Below, piece after piece: positions 29,074-38,085 of a stretch of DNA of 64,000 nucleotides. Below the pieces are notes generated by a model that did not search any database, was not told where the DNA came from, and saw only the letters and a list, made by a program, of their open reading frames with translations. Positions within the stretch are counted from its first letter, which is position 1; every line of letters starts with the position of its first letter. Origin of the DNA: Nanobdellota archaeon. Lineage in GTDB: Archaea; Nanobdellota; Nanobdellia; JAAOXT01. Made by a program: the position numbers and the translations under genes. Location: positions 6,356 through 70,355 of the forward strand of contig JAAOXT010000017.1 in assembly GCA_018221045.1 (NCBI GenBank), in the 5' to 3' direction.

Positions 29074-29592
29074 ATGAAGATAGGGGTAACATCACAGAAT
29101 AAACTGAAACTTGAAGCAGTAAAAAGAGCTTATTCGTTTATGACTCCTCTGCCCGAGATAACAGGATACTCCGCCGAGTCAGGCATCGGAGAACAACCAG
29201 TCAATGAACAGACCTTCATTGGGGCAAGAAACAGGATAAACGATGTGTATGGAAGAGCTGGCGAACTGGATAGAATTATTTCCGTAGAGAACGGGATTTT
29301 TCGTGAAGATAATGAATGGGTGGACAGGGCAGTTATCGTTATTTATGTCCCTCATCTGAAAAAATCGTATGAAGGGGTCTCAGAAGGAGTTATTTTTCCA
29401 GATGAATATGTTGAAGAGACACGGCGGATAGGTTTTGATAAAATCACTGTTGGAAAAGTCATGGCAGACGCGGGGTACGTTACAGACGCCAAAGACCCTC
29501 ATAAATCTATTTCTGGGACGTCACGACGGGTTTATCTTGAAAAAACGCTTCAGGATTTGGTTGAAAAAATGGAAATGAAAGGTTTAACATGA
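29074..29592 (+). CDS. non-canonical purine NTP phosphatase (YjjX/DUF84 family)
   Basis: TSQNKLKLEAV, SGIGEQP, GARNR, SVENGI. Confidence 0.85.
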   Translation: MKIGVTSQNKLKLEAVKRAYSFMTPLPEITGYSAESGIGEQPVNEQTFIGARNRINDVYGRAGELDRIISVENGIFREDNEWVDRAVIVIYVPHLKKSYEGVSEGVIFPDEYVEETRRIGFDKITVGKVMADAGYVTDAKDPHKSISGTSRRVYLEKTLQDLVEKMEMKGLT

Positions 29593-29747
29593 TTTCAATT
29601 AGGTCAGTGCTGGAAAGAATAGTGGATATCTCGCTGGAAGAAAAACTGCAGGTTTAAAGAAGGATAATCATTCTTGAGACTTAACGGATAGTTATGTGTT
29701 CCAATCATTAAATTTTTATTTAAGTAATTACAAGAAATATATTAATA

Positions 29748-29984
29748 ATGGTCAAGATTAAAAGCAAAGGCCCTGCAAGGATTGGTTTATGGGCGATAAT
29801 CATCGCTTTATTCGTCAACATATTTGTAGGCGTTTATGTTACTGGTTTCATCAGCTTCAAAAAACTGTTTTTTGACAGTCTTTTTTTAAGTCTTTTAATC
29901 GGCTTCCTATTAGCTTTATTGATTAGGTTCAGGTACGAAAAAGTTCATCTTAAAAAAAGAAAGAAAAAGAAATTGAAGAAATGA
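29748..29984 (+). CDS. small membrane protein
   Basis: Two hydrophobic helices and a polybasic tail. Confidence 0.6.
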   Translation: MVKIKSKGPARIGLWAIIIALFVNIFVGVYVTGFISFKKLFFDSLFLSLLIGFLLALLIRFRYEKVHLKKRKKKKLKK

Positions 29985-30078
29985 ATTTCTTGCACGAAAC
30001 GCTTTTAGAAGCTTTCTAGAAGCAACCTTAACGCTTATAAGCCCCCACTTTTTGAATTATTGTTAGGTGAAATAAAAG

Positions 30079-30471
30079 ATGCCAAAACCAAAAGTTGAAA
30101 CAAAAGAAATTGATGTTAAAGCTGAAAAAATAGTTGAAGAAGTTGAGGATGAAGAATCTTCCAAATTACCTTTTCCTAATGCTGTTGTTGTTCGAATAAT
30201 GAGGAACAAGCTTCCTAGAGGCATTCTCATAAAGAAGAAAGTCAAGATAGCGATGAACGAATTGCTAGCAGGAATTTGCGAGGACATAGCTAAAGAGATG
30301 GGCAAAGAGCCTTACGCGTACTTGGATTACTCTACTTTCAGGAAAGCTGCTCGAAAGTATTTGAACGTTCAGCACGTTGAAAAGGATAAGGAAAGAACTG
30401 TTCTCACGCTGAAGAAGTTGAACGCGGACGTGGACTCAATAATCCGAGACCTTGAAAGAATAGAGGATTAA
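30079..30471 (+). CDS. atypical histone-fold protein (NF-YB/HMf-like) with acidic N-terminus and C-terminal helix
   Basis: LPFPNAVVVRIMR...IKKKVKIAMNELL...IAKEM; AGGTGA SD upstream. Confidence 0.7.
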   Translation: MPKPKVETKEIDVKAEKIVEEVEDEESSKLPFPNAVVVRIMRNKLPRGILIKKKVKIAMNELLAGICEDIAKEMGKEPYAYLDYSTFRKAARKYLNVQHVEKDKERTVLTLKKLNADVDSIIRDLERIED

Positions 30472-30518
30472 ACCAAACCAAAATTTTTTTAAACACCCTT
30501 CTTTTTTAGTTTGTTTAA

Positions 30519-30575
30519 ATGAATGCAAGAACTATTCGATTACCGGTTTTTTCTAGTTCTTGCTGTTGTTGTTAA
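30519..30575 (+). CDS. putative Cys-rich leader peptide MNARTIRLPVFSSSCCCC
   Basis: ATG..TGC TGT TGT TGT TAA; TTTTTAAA box at 30486-30493; not in the ORF track. Confidence 0.55.
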   Translation: MNARTIRLPVFSSSCCCC

Positions 30576-30643
30576 ACTCGAGCAATCCCTCTTAGGGGTT
30601 GGTCTTGTCATGAATAAAACTAGTTATAGGTGCACAAAAAAAA

Positions 30644-30892
30644 ATGGTTGCGGATGTTTACGAAACAAAAAATTGTAAGATAAGGGTTTACGATAGTGTT
30701 GTCCTTGTTTACCGAAACGGGAGGGAAATGGAAGTCACGCGGAAATGTCTAGAAGATCTTTACGAAAAGCATGGGCTGAAAAAAGGGTCTAGCATTAAAC
30801 TGCTAGTCGAGTTCGCTGCTTTTGAAGGGGAAGAGTTCAGCGTTTTAGAAGCGTTTTTGGACATGGCTAGGCCCGCGTTGAGCGGGGCATAA
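30644..30892 (+). CDS. hypothetical protein
   Basis: 82-aa ORF preceded by AGGTG SD. Confidence 0.6.
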   Translation: MVADVYETKNCKIRVYDSVVLVYRNGREMEVTRKCLEDLYEKHGLKKGSSIKLLVEFAAFEGEEFSVLEAFLDMARPALSGA

Positions 30893-30932
30893 AAAACATT
30901 AAAAAGAATGAACACCCCAGAAGGGGTTAATT

Positions 30933-31003
30933 GGCGAGGTGGCAGAGTGGCTATGCGACGGGTTGCAGACCCGTTTATGCGGGTTCAATTCCCGTCCTCG
31001 CCT
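30933..31003 (+). tRNA. tRNA-Cys(GCA), intronless
   Basis: GGCGAGG/CCTCGCC-T acceptor stem with U73, ACGGG-TT-GCA-GA-CCCGT, GGTTCAATTCC. Confidence 0.96.
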
Positions 31004-31008
31004 TTAAA

Positions 31009-32403
31009 ATGAAATTGTATAACACGCGTACCAGAAAAAAACAGGTCTTCAAACCCATCGATAAAGATAAGGTTAGAATGTATTGTTGCGGGCCCACTGT
31101 TTACGATTACGCTCACATCGGCAATTTTCGCACTTTCCTATTCGAAGACTTCCTTCGCAGAGCGTTAAAGCGAAACGGTTACGAACTAATACACGTAATG
31201 AACATCACTGACGTCGGACACCTAACCAGCGACGCGGACGAAGGTGAAGACAAGCTGATGAAGGCTTTGAAACGAGAAGGAAAAAAACCCAGTGTCAAAG
31301 CAATGCTCGAACTCGCTGAATACTACACTAAAGCGTTCTTCAAAGACTCCTCGCTCTTAAACATTGAAAAACCCGAAGCGGTTCCGAAAGCGACCGAGCA
31401 CATCGAAGAAATGGTGGAGCTCAACAAAAAAATTGAGAAGAATGGTTACGCTTACAAAACTTCTGTAGGATTAATTTTTGACACGGGAAAGTTCAAAGAC
31501 TACGCCAAATTTGGTAAGCTCAACCTAAAAGCGCAGAAAGCAGGGGCAAGGGTTAAGGTTGATGAAGAGCGCAAGAAACCATGGGATTTCGCGCTGTGGA
31601 TCACGAACCAGCCCAGCCACATCATGCAATGGCAGTCCCCTTGGGGCAAGGGCTTCCCAGGATGGCACTTGGAATGCAGTGCCATGAGCATCAAGTACTT
31701 AGGAGAACAGTTTGACATTCACTGCGGAGGAGAAGACCACATCAAAGTTCACCACACTAACGAGATTGCTCAATCAGAAGCCGCGACCGGGAAGAAGCCT
31801 TGGGTTAGATTCTGGTTGCACGGCGCGTTCTTAATCATGCAAAAAGACAAGATGAGCAAAAGCGCGGGAAGTTTCGTTAAGATTCAAGATTTGGTTGACA
31901 AAGGTTTTGACCCGCTGGCTTACAGGTATTTGTGCCTCACAGCTAATTACCGCTCCAAGCTCTCTTTCTCGTGGAAAGTTCTGGAAAACGCTCAGAAATC
32001 TCTTAACAGTTTCCGAAGCAAGATTAAGCATTTAAACGAGCTGAACGAGCTGGACAAGAACAATAAGAGGAAATACGCTAAAAAGTTTGATGAACGCGTT
32101 AACAATGATTTGGATTTGCCTAGCGCGCTAGCTTTAGCGTGGAGTGTCGTAAAAGCCAAAGACCTTGGGAGCAAAGAAAAAGTAGAATTGTTATTGGATT
32201 TTGACCAGATATTCGGTTTAAAACTCGCGGAATCTTTGAAAAAGGATGAGGCGCCCAAAAAAGTTTTAAAACTCATAAAAGAAAGAGAAGAAGCAAGAAA
32301 GAAGAAGGATTGGGTTGCTGCTGACGCCCTGCGAGACAAGATTAAAAGTTTGGGATGGAAGGTTCAAGACTCGCGGGAAGGCCCTAAACTCGAAAAAGTT
32401 TAG
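31009..32403 (+). CDS. cysS: cysteine-tRNA ligase
   Basis: MKLYNT, CGPTVY..AHIGN, GWHLECSAM, KMSKS; true start ATG 31009. Confidence 0.97.
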   Translation: MKLYNTRTRKKQVFKPIDKDKVRMYCCGPTVYDYAHIGNFRTFLFEDFLRRALKRNGYELIHVMNITDVGHLTSDADEGEDKLMKALKREGKKPSVKAMLELAEYYTKAFFKDSSLLNIEKPEAVPKATEHIEEMVELNKKIEKNGYAYKTSVGLIFDTGKFKDYAKFGKLNLKAQKAGARVKVDEERKKPWDFALWITNQPSHIMQWQSPWGKGFPGWHLECSAMSIKYLGEQFDIHCGGEDHIKVHHTNEIAQSEAATGKKPWVRFWLHGAFLIMQKDKMSKSAGSFVKIQDLVDKGFDPLAYRYLCLTANYRSKLSFSWKVLENAQKSLNSFRSKIKHLNELNELDKNNKRKYAKKFDERVNNDLDLPSALALAWSVVKAKDLGSKEKVELLLDFDQIFGLKLAESLKKDEAPKKVLKLIKEREEARKKKDWVAADALRDKIKSLGWKVQDSREGPKLEKV

Positions 32404-32729
32404 TTCACAACTATTTTACCTGTTCCCGTAGTGTACGAGTAAGTTATGTTTCCTTTGATTTCGAATTTGTACTCAAAATTTTCTCCAGGGTTCAAGGTGG
32501 GGGACTCGAACAAACCGGACTTTATCTTGTGGGGTCGAGAATCCTGATTAATCCATTTGATGGTATCGCCTTGGTTGATGGTTATTGAATCCTGGCTGAT
32601 TCCTCCACTTGGGTTAAGGGTTATGATGAAAACGTTTTCCCGAAGATTTTTTTCGCCAAAAATGTTCATTGAGTCAGTGCAACCAGATAAGAACACGAGA
32701 AGAATTACTGCAGAAAAAATTTTTTTCAT
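32400..32729 (-). CDS. cupredoxin-like lipoprotein
   Basis: Lipobox LSGC; ITINQGDTIKWINQDSRPH, LNPGENFEYKF. Confidence 0.75.
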   Translation of the reverse strand: MKKIFSAVILLVFLSGCTDSMNIFGEKNLRENVFIITLNPSGGISQDSITINQGDTIKWINQDSRPHKIKSGLFESPTLNPGENFEYKFEIKGNITYSYTTGTGKIVVN

Positions 32730-32764
32730 TGGAGTAATCTATAGAAATGTTTGAAATATTAAAT

Positions 32765-33991
32765 TTACTCTTTTATCACGCCGTAGCCTACGAGTCTCCA
32801 CCGGTTCCCAAAATGCTGGGACAACGCTATTTTTTCGCCTTTCTCAATGCACACAGGGATTTTCAAGTGCATTTTAATGGTTTTGCCTTTGATGCCTGTT
32901 ATCACTCCCAAGCTTTTAGACGTCCAAACGTTTATCATCACTGGCTCGTTCATTTTTAAGGGTTCAACGTTAAGCTCTTTTTTCGTTCCGACCACGCGTT
33001 TCATCAAATTAACTTCAATTGTTATCGAATTCCTTACTGGCGGAAGTTTTCCAGCGAGACCTGCAACGTTTCCTCCAAGAGAATCAGACCTTGCCAGGTA
33101 AGGGTCGAGTTGCGTGCCTATCCCTATTGACCCGCCAGGACTGATTTCACTTACTTCATGGCCGCCAGTGTTTAACGATGTTATCTTGGTTTTTATTGGC
33201 TTGTACTCTTCGTCTTCTTTAATTCCTGGCCTGATTTCTAACACTTCCCCTGTTTTGAGTTTTCCCTGTTTTAGTGTTCCTCCAAGAACCCCACCTAAGA
33301 GCTCGTCAGGTTTTTTGCCAGGTTTGTTGACGTCAAAACTTCTGGCAATGATAAAGATGGGTTTTTTTTTAGAATCTCTTTTCGGAGTGGTTATGTGTTT
33401 CTGAATGGTTTGAAGTAATAAATCGATGTTGGTCCTGAATTGCGCGCTTACAGGGATTATTGGCGCGTTCTCCGCAACAGTTCCTTTAACAAAGGATTTT
33501 ATTTGCTTGTAGTTTTTCAGGGCTTGTTCTTGGGTCACGAGGTCTATCTTGTTCTGAACTATGATTATTTTATCAATGCCTAAAATGTTGAGCGCCATCA
33601 AATGTTCTTTGGTTTGAGGGCAGGGGCAGTCCTCGCTTGCAGATATTAGTAATAATGCTCCGTCCATCATAGCGGTTCCTGAAAGCATGGTTGCCATGAG
33701 CATCTCATGGCCTGGAGCGTCAACGAAAGAAACTTTTCTTAGCGGAATCGTTGGAGTGCCGTGTTTCGGACACTTTTTTTTGATGGTGTAACATTCAGGG
33801 CCTTCACACTTTTCACATTTTCGAATGATTAAGTCCGCGTACCCTAATCTTATGGTTATGCCTCGCTTAAGCTCTTCTGAATGAGTATCAGCCCACTTGC
33901 CTGTGAGAGCTTGGACTAAGGTTGTTTTGCCGTGGTCCACGTGGCCGACGGTTCCAATGTTCATTTCAGGCTGCACTGGTTCTTTCATCAC
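32765..33991 (-). CDS. eif2g: translation initiation factor 2 subunit gamma
   Basis: GHVDHGKTT, EELKRGITIRLGYA, Zn knuckle, DAPGHE, WRLVGYG. Confidence 0.98.
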   Translation of the reverse strand: MMKEPVQPEMNIGTVGHVDHGKTTLVQALTGKWADTHSEELKRGITIRLGYADLIIRKCEKCEGPECYTIKKKCPKHGTPTIPLRKVSFVDAPGHEMLMATMLSGTAMMDGALLLISASEDCPCPQTKEHLMALNILGIDKIIIVQNKIDLVTQEQALKNYKQIKSFVKGTVAENAPIIPVSAQFRTNIDLLLQTIQKHITTPKRDSKKKPIFIIARSFDVNKPGKKPDELLGGVLGGTLKQGKLKTGEVLEIRPGIKEDEEYKPIKTKITSLNTGGHEVSEISPGGSIGIGTQLDPYLARSDSLGGNVAGLAGKLPPVRNSITIEVNLMKRVVGTKKELNVEPLKMNEPVMINVWTSKSLGVITGIKGKTIKMHLKIPVCIEKGEKIALSQHFGNRWRLVGYGVIKE

Positions 33992-34554
33992 TTTTTATTT
34001 TCCCCTGTTTTTTCAGATTCTTTCTTGGGCTTAGGTTCTTCCTTCACTTTTTCTTTCTTGACTTCCTTAGATTTGGTCTCTTTTTCAGGTTCCTCTTTCT
34101 TGGGTTTAACTTCTTCTTTTTTGACTGTTTTCTCTTTTTGAGGCTCTTCTTTCTTGATTTCTTCAGACTTAGTTTCTTTCTCGGGTTTGGATTCTACGCC
34201 CCAGAGTTTTGGAACTTTTTCTTTGCCTTCTTTCACGATTTTAGTGTTGACTTGAATCACTTCTTCGCTTATCGTGTTTCCTCGAACAGTTTTTTTTCTT
34301 CGCTCGCCTTTGCGTTTGGGTTTGAAGCCAACGCCTCCTGAGAGCAGAACTCTTTGTCTTTTGCTTCCTTGAACATCTTTTCTCAATGGAAAACCGGATT
34401 TATCGCTACCCCCTGTTATGAGCAGTTCGTAGCCTTTTAAGCCGAAGTCTTCGCCTGAAAATTTTTCGCCAATCTTTTTGTTTAGAAGTTTGCCGTGAGT
34501 TTCGAATTCTTTTTGGTATGATTTACCGTTTTTTAATGATACAATAAGTTTCAT
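33988..34554 (-). CDS. rps6e: 30S ribosomal protein S6e with K/E/P-rich C-terminal tail
   Basis: ITGGSDKSGFP, GERRKKTVRGN. Confidence 0.95.
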   Translation of the reverse strand: MKLIVSLKNGKSYQKEFETHGKLLNKKIGEKFSGEDFGLKGYELLITGGSDKSGFPLRKDVQGSKRQRVLLSGGVGFKPKRKGERRKKTVRGNTISEEVIQVNTKIVKEGKEKVPKLWGVESKPEKETKSEEIKKEEPQKEKTVKKEEVKPKKEEPEKETKSKEVKKEKVKEEPKPKKESEKTGENKK

Positions 34555-34629
34555 GTTTTTACTCCCGAGGCCTTTTTCATCCTCAGATGGTTTAGAATTG
34601 TGTGACAGGGTTTTTTAAAGGTTTTTCTT

Positions 34630-35514
34630 TCAAATGATTTCGGCTTGACCGCTTTTCACCAATTGGTTTAATACATTCCAATAACCATGAGCCGTCGAAT
34701 CTGCTGTGATAATTTCTCCTACAGAAAAAAATTTTCCCCAGTGTTGAGCTTGTCCAGGTGTGAAGGGTTTAATTAATCTTATTTTATCTCCTTCGAGAAT
34801 TCTTGTTTCAAAGCTTAATTGATCATAATTAAATAATGAATCAATGATTCCTAAAACATCTGATTCTTCTACTGGCTTGTCCTTCTGCAAGATTTTTCCA
34901 TCGAATAAGTCCAGCACTTCTTCAATTGATTTTTTTCCGTCCAATGCTGGAATAATCATCCCAAACAGTTCGCTAGTTCCTCCTTTACAATAAGGAACTT
35001 CTCTCTCAAGTTGTTCTATTTTTGCAGTGGTTACTGGGCAATACCTATCCGAAGATTTAACTGTGTTAAAAGGAAATCTTTTAACAACATCAAAATTAAA
35101 TTCTTTTACCCCTCTTATGTCGCCTGTTCCTTGGTCAATTCTTTTAAGGAATTCCCAATTCTCCTCAAGTCCTTCAATTAACGCGCTTAATTCTTGCCTA
35201 TCTCTTTTTAATCTCCCAGAACCATTTTTGTCAGCTATAAGCCATGCTTCTAAACGCGAACCTTCATGTCTTAAGACAACAACCGAGTTACTGTAACTAA
35301 ATCCTTTTATGTCATTCGAAAATATTCCTAGAGCTAAGAAAAAACCTGATAGCATGTCAAGATCCATTATTCCTGTCCTCTGCCCAATACCTAAAACACC
35401 CACCCCTTTAGTCACATCATTTATCAAGCAAGCGATGTAAGGGCTTTGAGTTATTCCATGATAACTTTCTTCTTTCGCTGGTTTAGAATAACTTATCATT
35501 TCTTTTATTCCCAT
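34630..35514 (-). CDS. hypothetical protein with putative longin-like N-terminal domain and winged-helix-like segment
   Basis: DLDMLSGFFLALGIF..IKGF...LIADK; LDGKKSIEEV. Confidence 0.55.
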   Translation of the reverse strand: MGIKEMISYSKPAKEESYHGITQSPYIACLINDVTKGVGVLGIGQRTGIMDLDMLSGFFLALGIFSNDIKGFSYSNSVVVLRHEGSRLEAWLIADKNGSGRLKRDRQELSALIEGLEENWEFLKRIDQGTGDIRGVKEFNFDVVKRFPFNTVKSSDRYCPVTTAKIEQLEREVPYCKGGTSELFGMIIPALDGKKSIEEVLDLFDGKILQKDKPVEESDVLGIIDSLFNYDQLSFETRILEGDKIRLIKPFTPGQAQHWGKFFSVGEIITADSTAHGYWNVLNQLVKSGQAEII

Positions 35515-35566
35515 GTTAGAATCAATTTTTCAAGCATTTATAAACCTTTTTGTTACTTTTAAGTGG

Positions 35567-37345
35567 CTACATTCCCCACATTGGGTCTTTTTTGCGTTTG
35601 ATGCTCAATATTTTTTTAACGGTTTCAACGTCTTCTTCTGGCAGGAATTGTTTAAGCTTTGATTTTATTAATAAGAAATCTTTCTTTGGCATGTCTGTTA
35701 TCAGGGTGTCCCCTTCTTGCAAGTTTTTCCCTATTACCGCTTTGCTTATGGATAAAGCAATTTTTTCTCCTTTCTCTGCTAATTCCACGTTCTTGCTTTC
35801 TTTTTGTATTCCTTTCACTTCTCCTAGTTTGGTGCCGTCTTCAGTCATGAGCCTGTATCCTGGCTTTATTTTTCCTGTTATGATTTCGAAGCCGGCTACG
35901 GCGGGATTTTTTTGTCTGAAAACGTATCCTGGTAGCAGTCTGGCTTGGGCGGGGTAAACAATGTTTTCAAGCTCTTTTTTCTTCTCCGACTCTATCACCT
36001 CGTCTTTCCATTCTAGGTAATCGTCTAATAACTTGTATATTATGTTGTTGAGTATAATTTTTATTCCGTGTTTTTGGGCTAGTTGTTCAGCGTCTTTGTT
36101 CGTGTTCACGTCGAATCCGAAGATCACTGCGTGAAACTTGTTTTCTTGTTTGGAGTTGAGCGCTTCCATAACATCGTTTTTTGTTATGTTTCCTATTCCT
36201 GCTTTCCTTACCTGTATTTCTTGTGATTTGGACAGGTTTATGATTGCTTCTGCTGAGCCGAGAGTGTCTGTTTTGATGATTATCCCTGATTTGTCAGTGC
36301 TTACTAGCACGCTTTTAACTTCTTTTTCAATGGTTTTCTTGACCTCTTCTATAAGTTCTGGAGTGGCTTCCGCTATCGGCATTCCTGCAACCACGGTTTC
36401 CAGGTTTGAGCAACTAATTTTTATTCCTGCTGCTGCCGTCACGCTTTTCACTCTGCTGAACTTGCATCCTTTTTCTCTGGTCGCCATGAGGGGGGATGGT
36501 TTGAGCAGTGAGCGTATTTTGGTTATGACCGGTCCTTCCAGTCCGCCTATGACTATCATGTCTCCTTCATCCAATCTGCCGTCGTACACCACGACGTCTA
36601 AGGTTTTGCCAAGCCCTTTTTCTTCTTTGACTTCTAAAACCACTCCTTTCGCGCAGCCTTTTGTGTCCACGTCTAGTCTTCCTTCTAAGTATTTTTGTGA
36701 CAGTCCTGACAGCAAGGTTAATAGTTCTGCTATCCCTTCTCCTGTGGTCGCGCTTACAGGTATTATGCTGACCGTTTTTTTGAAGTCTTCTACTCTATCG
36801 AACCTGTCGCTTTCGAATCCGAGTTCCGCGAGTGAGCCGAGGATTTGGTAAACCCTGTTGTCTATTTCTTTTTGAACGTATTCGTTTTGTTCTTTTATTG
36901 CTTCGAGAAACGATTTTTTTTTCGTGTTCTTCCAGGAGCTTATCAAATCTATTTTGTTCGCGGCGACCATGAAAGGTCTTTTGCTTGCCCTGAGTATTTC
37001 TACTGCTTCGATGGTTTGTGGTTTGAAGCCTTCGCTCACGTCTACCACGAGGACAGCTATGTCTGCTAGGTTTCCGCCGCGTTTTCTCAGGTTGGTGAAA
37101 GCTTTGTGGCCTGGCGTGTCTATGAAGAGTAGGCCAGGAATTTTTAGGTTGAACCTGAATTTTTTCAAGAGGTTTCCGCACAAGTCTTTTATCACTTTTA
37201 TCGGGATTTCGGTTGCGCAGATGGATTGGGTTATGCCACCAGCTTCTTTTTCTTGCAGCGTTGTTTGTCTTATTAGATCAAGTAGGCTTGTTTTGCCGTG
37301 GTCCACGTGACCGAGCATGGATATTATGGGTTGTCTTATAGTCAT
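35567..37345 (-). CDS. infB: translation initiation factor IF-2/aIF5B
   Basis: RQPI..LGHVDHGKT, EAGGITQ, DTPGH, NKID; no intein. Confidence 0.98.
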   Translation of the reverse strand: MTIRQPIISMLGHVDHGKTSLLDLIRQTTLQEKEAGGITQSICATEIPIKVIKDLCGNLLKKFRFNLKIPGLLFIDTPGHKAFTNLRKRGGNLADIAVLVVDVSEGFKPQTIEAVEILRASKRPFMVAANKIDLISSWKNTKKKSFLEAIKEQNEYVQKEIDNRVYQILGSLAELGFESDRFDRVEDFKKTVSIIPVSATTGEGIAELLTLLSGLSQKYLEGRLDVDTKGCAKGVVLEVKEEKGLGKTLDVVVYDGRLDEGDMIVIGGLEGPVITKIRSLLKPSPLMATREKGCKFSRVKSVTAAAGIKISCSNLETVVAGMPIAEATPELIEEVKKTIEKEVKSVLVSTDKSGIIIKTDTLGSAEAIINLSKSQEIQVRKAGIGNITKNDVMEALNSKQENKFHAVIFGFDVNTNKDAEQLAQKHGIKIILNNIIYKLLDDYLEWKDEVIESEKKKELENIVYPAQARLLPGYVFRQKNPAVAGFEIITGKIKPGYRLMTEDGTKLGEVKGIQKESKNVELAEKGEKIALSISKAVIGKNLQEGDTLITDMPKKDFLLIKSKLKQFLPEEDVETVKKILSIKRKKDPMWGM

Positions 37346-37383
37346 GATGGGTCACCTCGCAAAACCTCCTAGGAATATTTTAT

Positions 37384-37995
37384 TTATTTCTTCATGGGTG
37401 TTTTTAAAAGTTTTGAAAACTTTTTTTTCAGTATTTTGGATAGTAAGAGGGATAATTTTTTGATTTCCGCGTAGGTTGGGAAAGAATTGTCAAGCACGTA
37501 GTGGTAAATGCTCTGGTCTTGCGCGTTCACCCCGTAAATTTTTTTGTATGTTTTCACGTCTGTTTTGTTTCTTCTTTTAACGTCCCGAAGGGCTTGTTTG
37601 AAGGGCTTGTTATCTCTTTTAGCGACTCTTACAGCGATTTCTTGTTCGTCTCCTTTGATGTAAATTCTTACTTGGGCGTGCGTGCCTGCAGTCCAACTGG
37701 TTATCCTGCCGTCCAGGACGACGCCTCCTTTTCTGGCGAGTTCGAGCATTTTTTTGTCGAGTTCTAAGTCCACTTTTGGGTTGCGGGTTGCCGAGAACTT
37801 TTCTAAAGTCATTCCTTCTTGTTTTGCTTTATCGCGGAACAGTTTTCCGGCTGTAACGTATTCGAGACCTGTTTCTTTGGCTAGGATTTGGGCTATCGTG
37901 GTTTTGCCAGATCCTGCGAGCCCGGACACTGTTATGGTTAGCGCTTCGTTTTTTGGACCGTCGAATTTCTCGAGTTTTTTGATGAAAGTTCCCAT
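37384..37995 (-). CDS. cmk: cytidylate kinase (archaeal type)
   Basis: ITVSGLAGSGKTT, AGKLFR, VLDGR. Confidence 0.88.
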   Translation of the reverse strand: MGTFIKKLEKFDGPKNEALTITVSGLAGSGKTTIAQILAKETGLEYVTAGKLFRDKAKQEGMTLEKFSATRNPKVDLELDKKMLELARKGGVVLDGRITSWTAGTHAQVRIYIKGDEQEIAVRVAKRDNKPFKQALRDVKRRNKTDVKTYKKIYGVNAQDQSIYHYVLDNSFPTYAEIKKLSLLLSKILKKKFSKLLKTPMKK

Positions 37996-38085
37996 TTCTT
38001 TACTGGTTTAGAACATTTGTTGGTTAAATAATTTTATTCAAAAAGCTTAGACAAGATTTAAATTTTCCTTTTTAGTTCTTTTAAT

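Noticed and set aside
29589-29657. 22-codon ORF overlapping the stop of the YjjX-like gene
   Set aside because: Too short and motif-free; possibly a truncated remnant, but unsupported
30931-31008. N-terminal extension of CysRS in the ORF track (MARWQSGY...)
   Set aside because: It is the tRNA-Cys gene read in frame from a TTG; the conserved CysRS start is MKLYNT at 31009
33922-34341. Phe-rich ORF on the + strand
   Set aside because: Antisense shadow of the Lys/Glu-rich S6e tail
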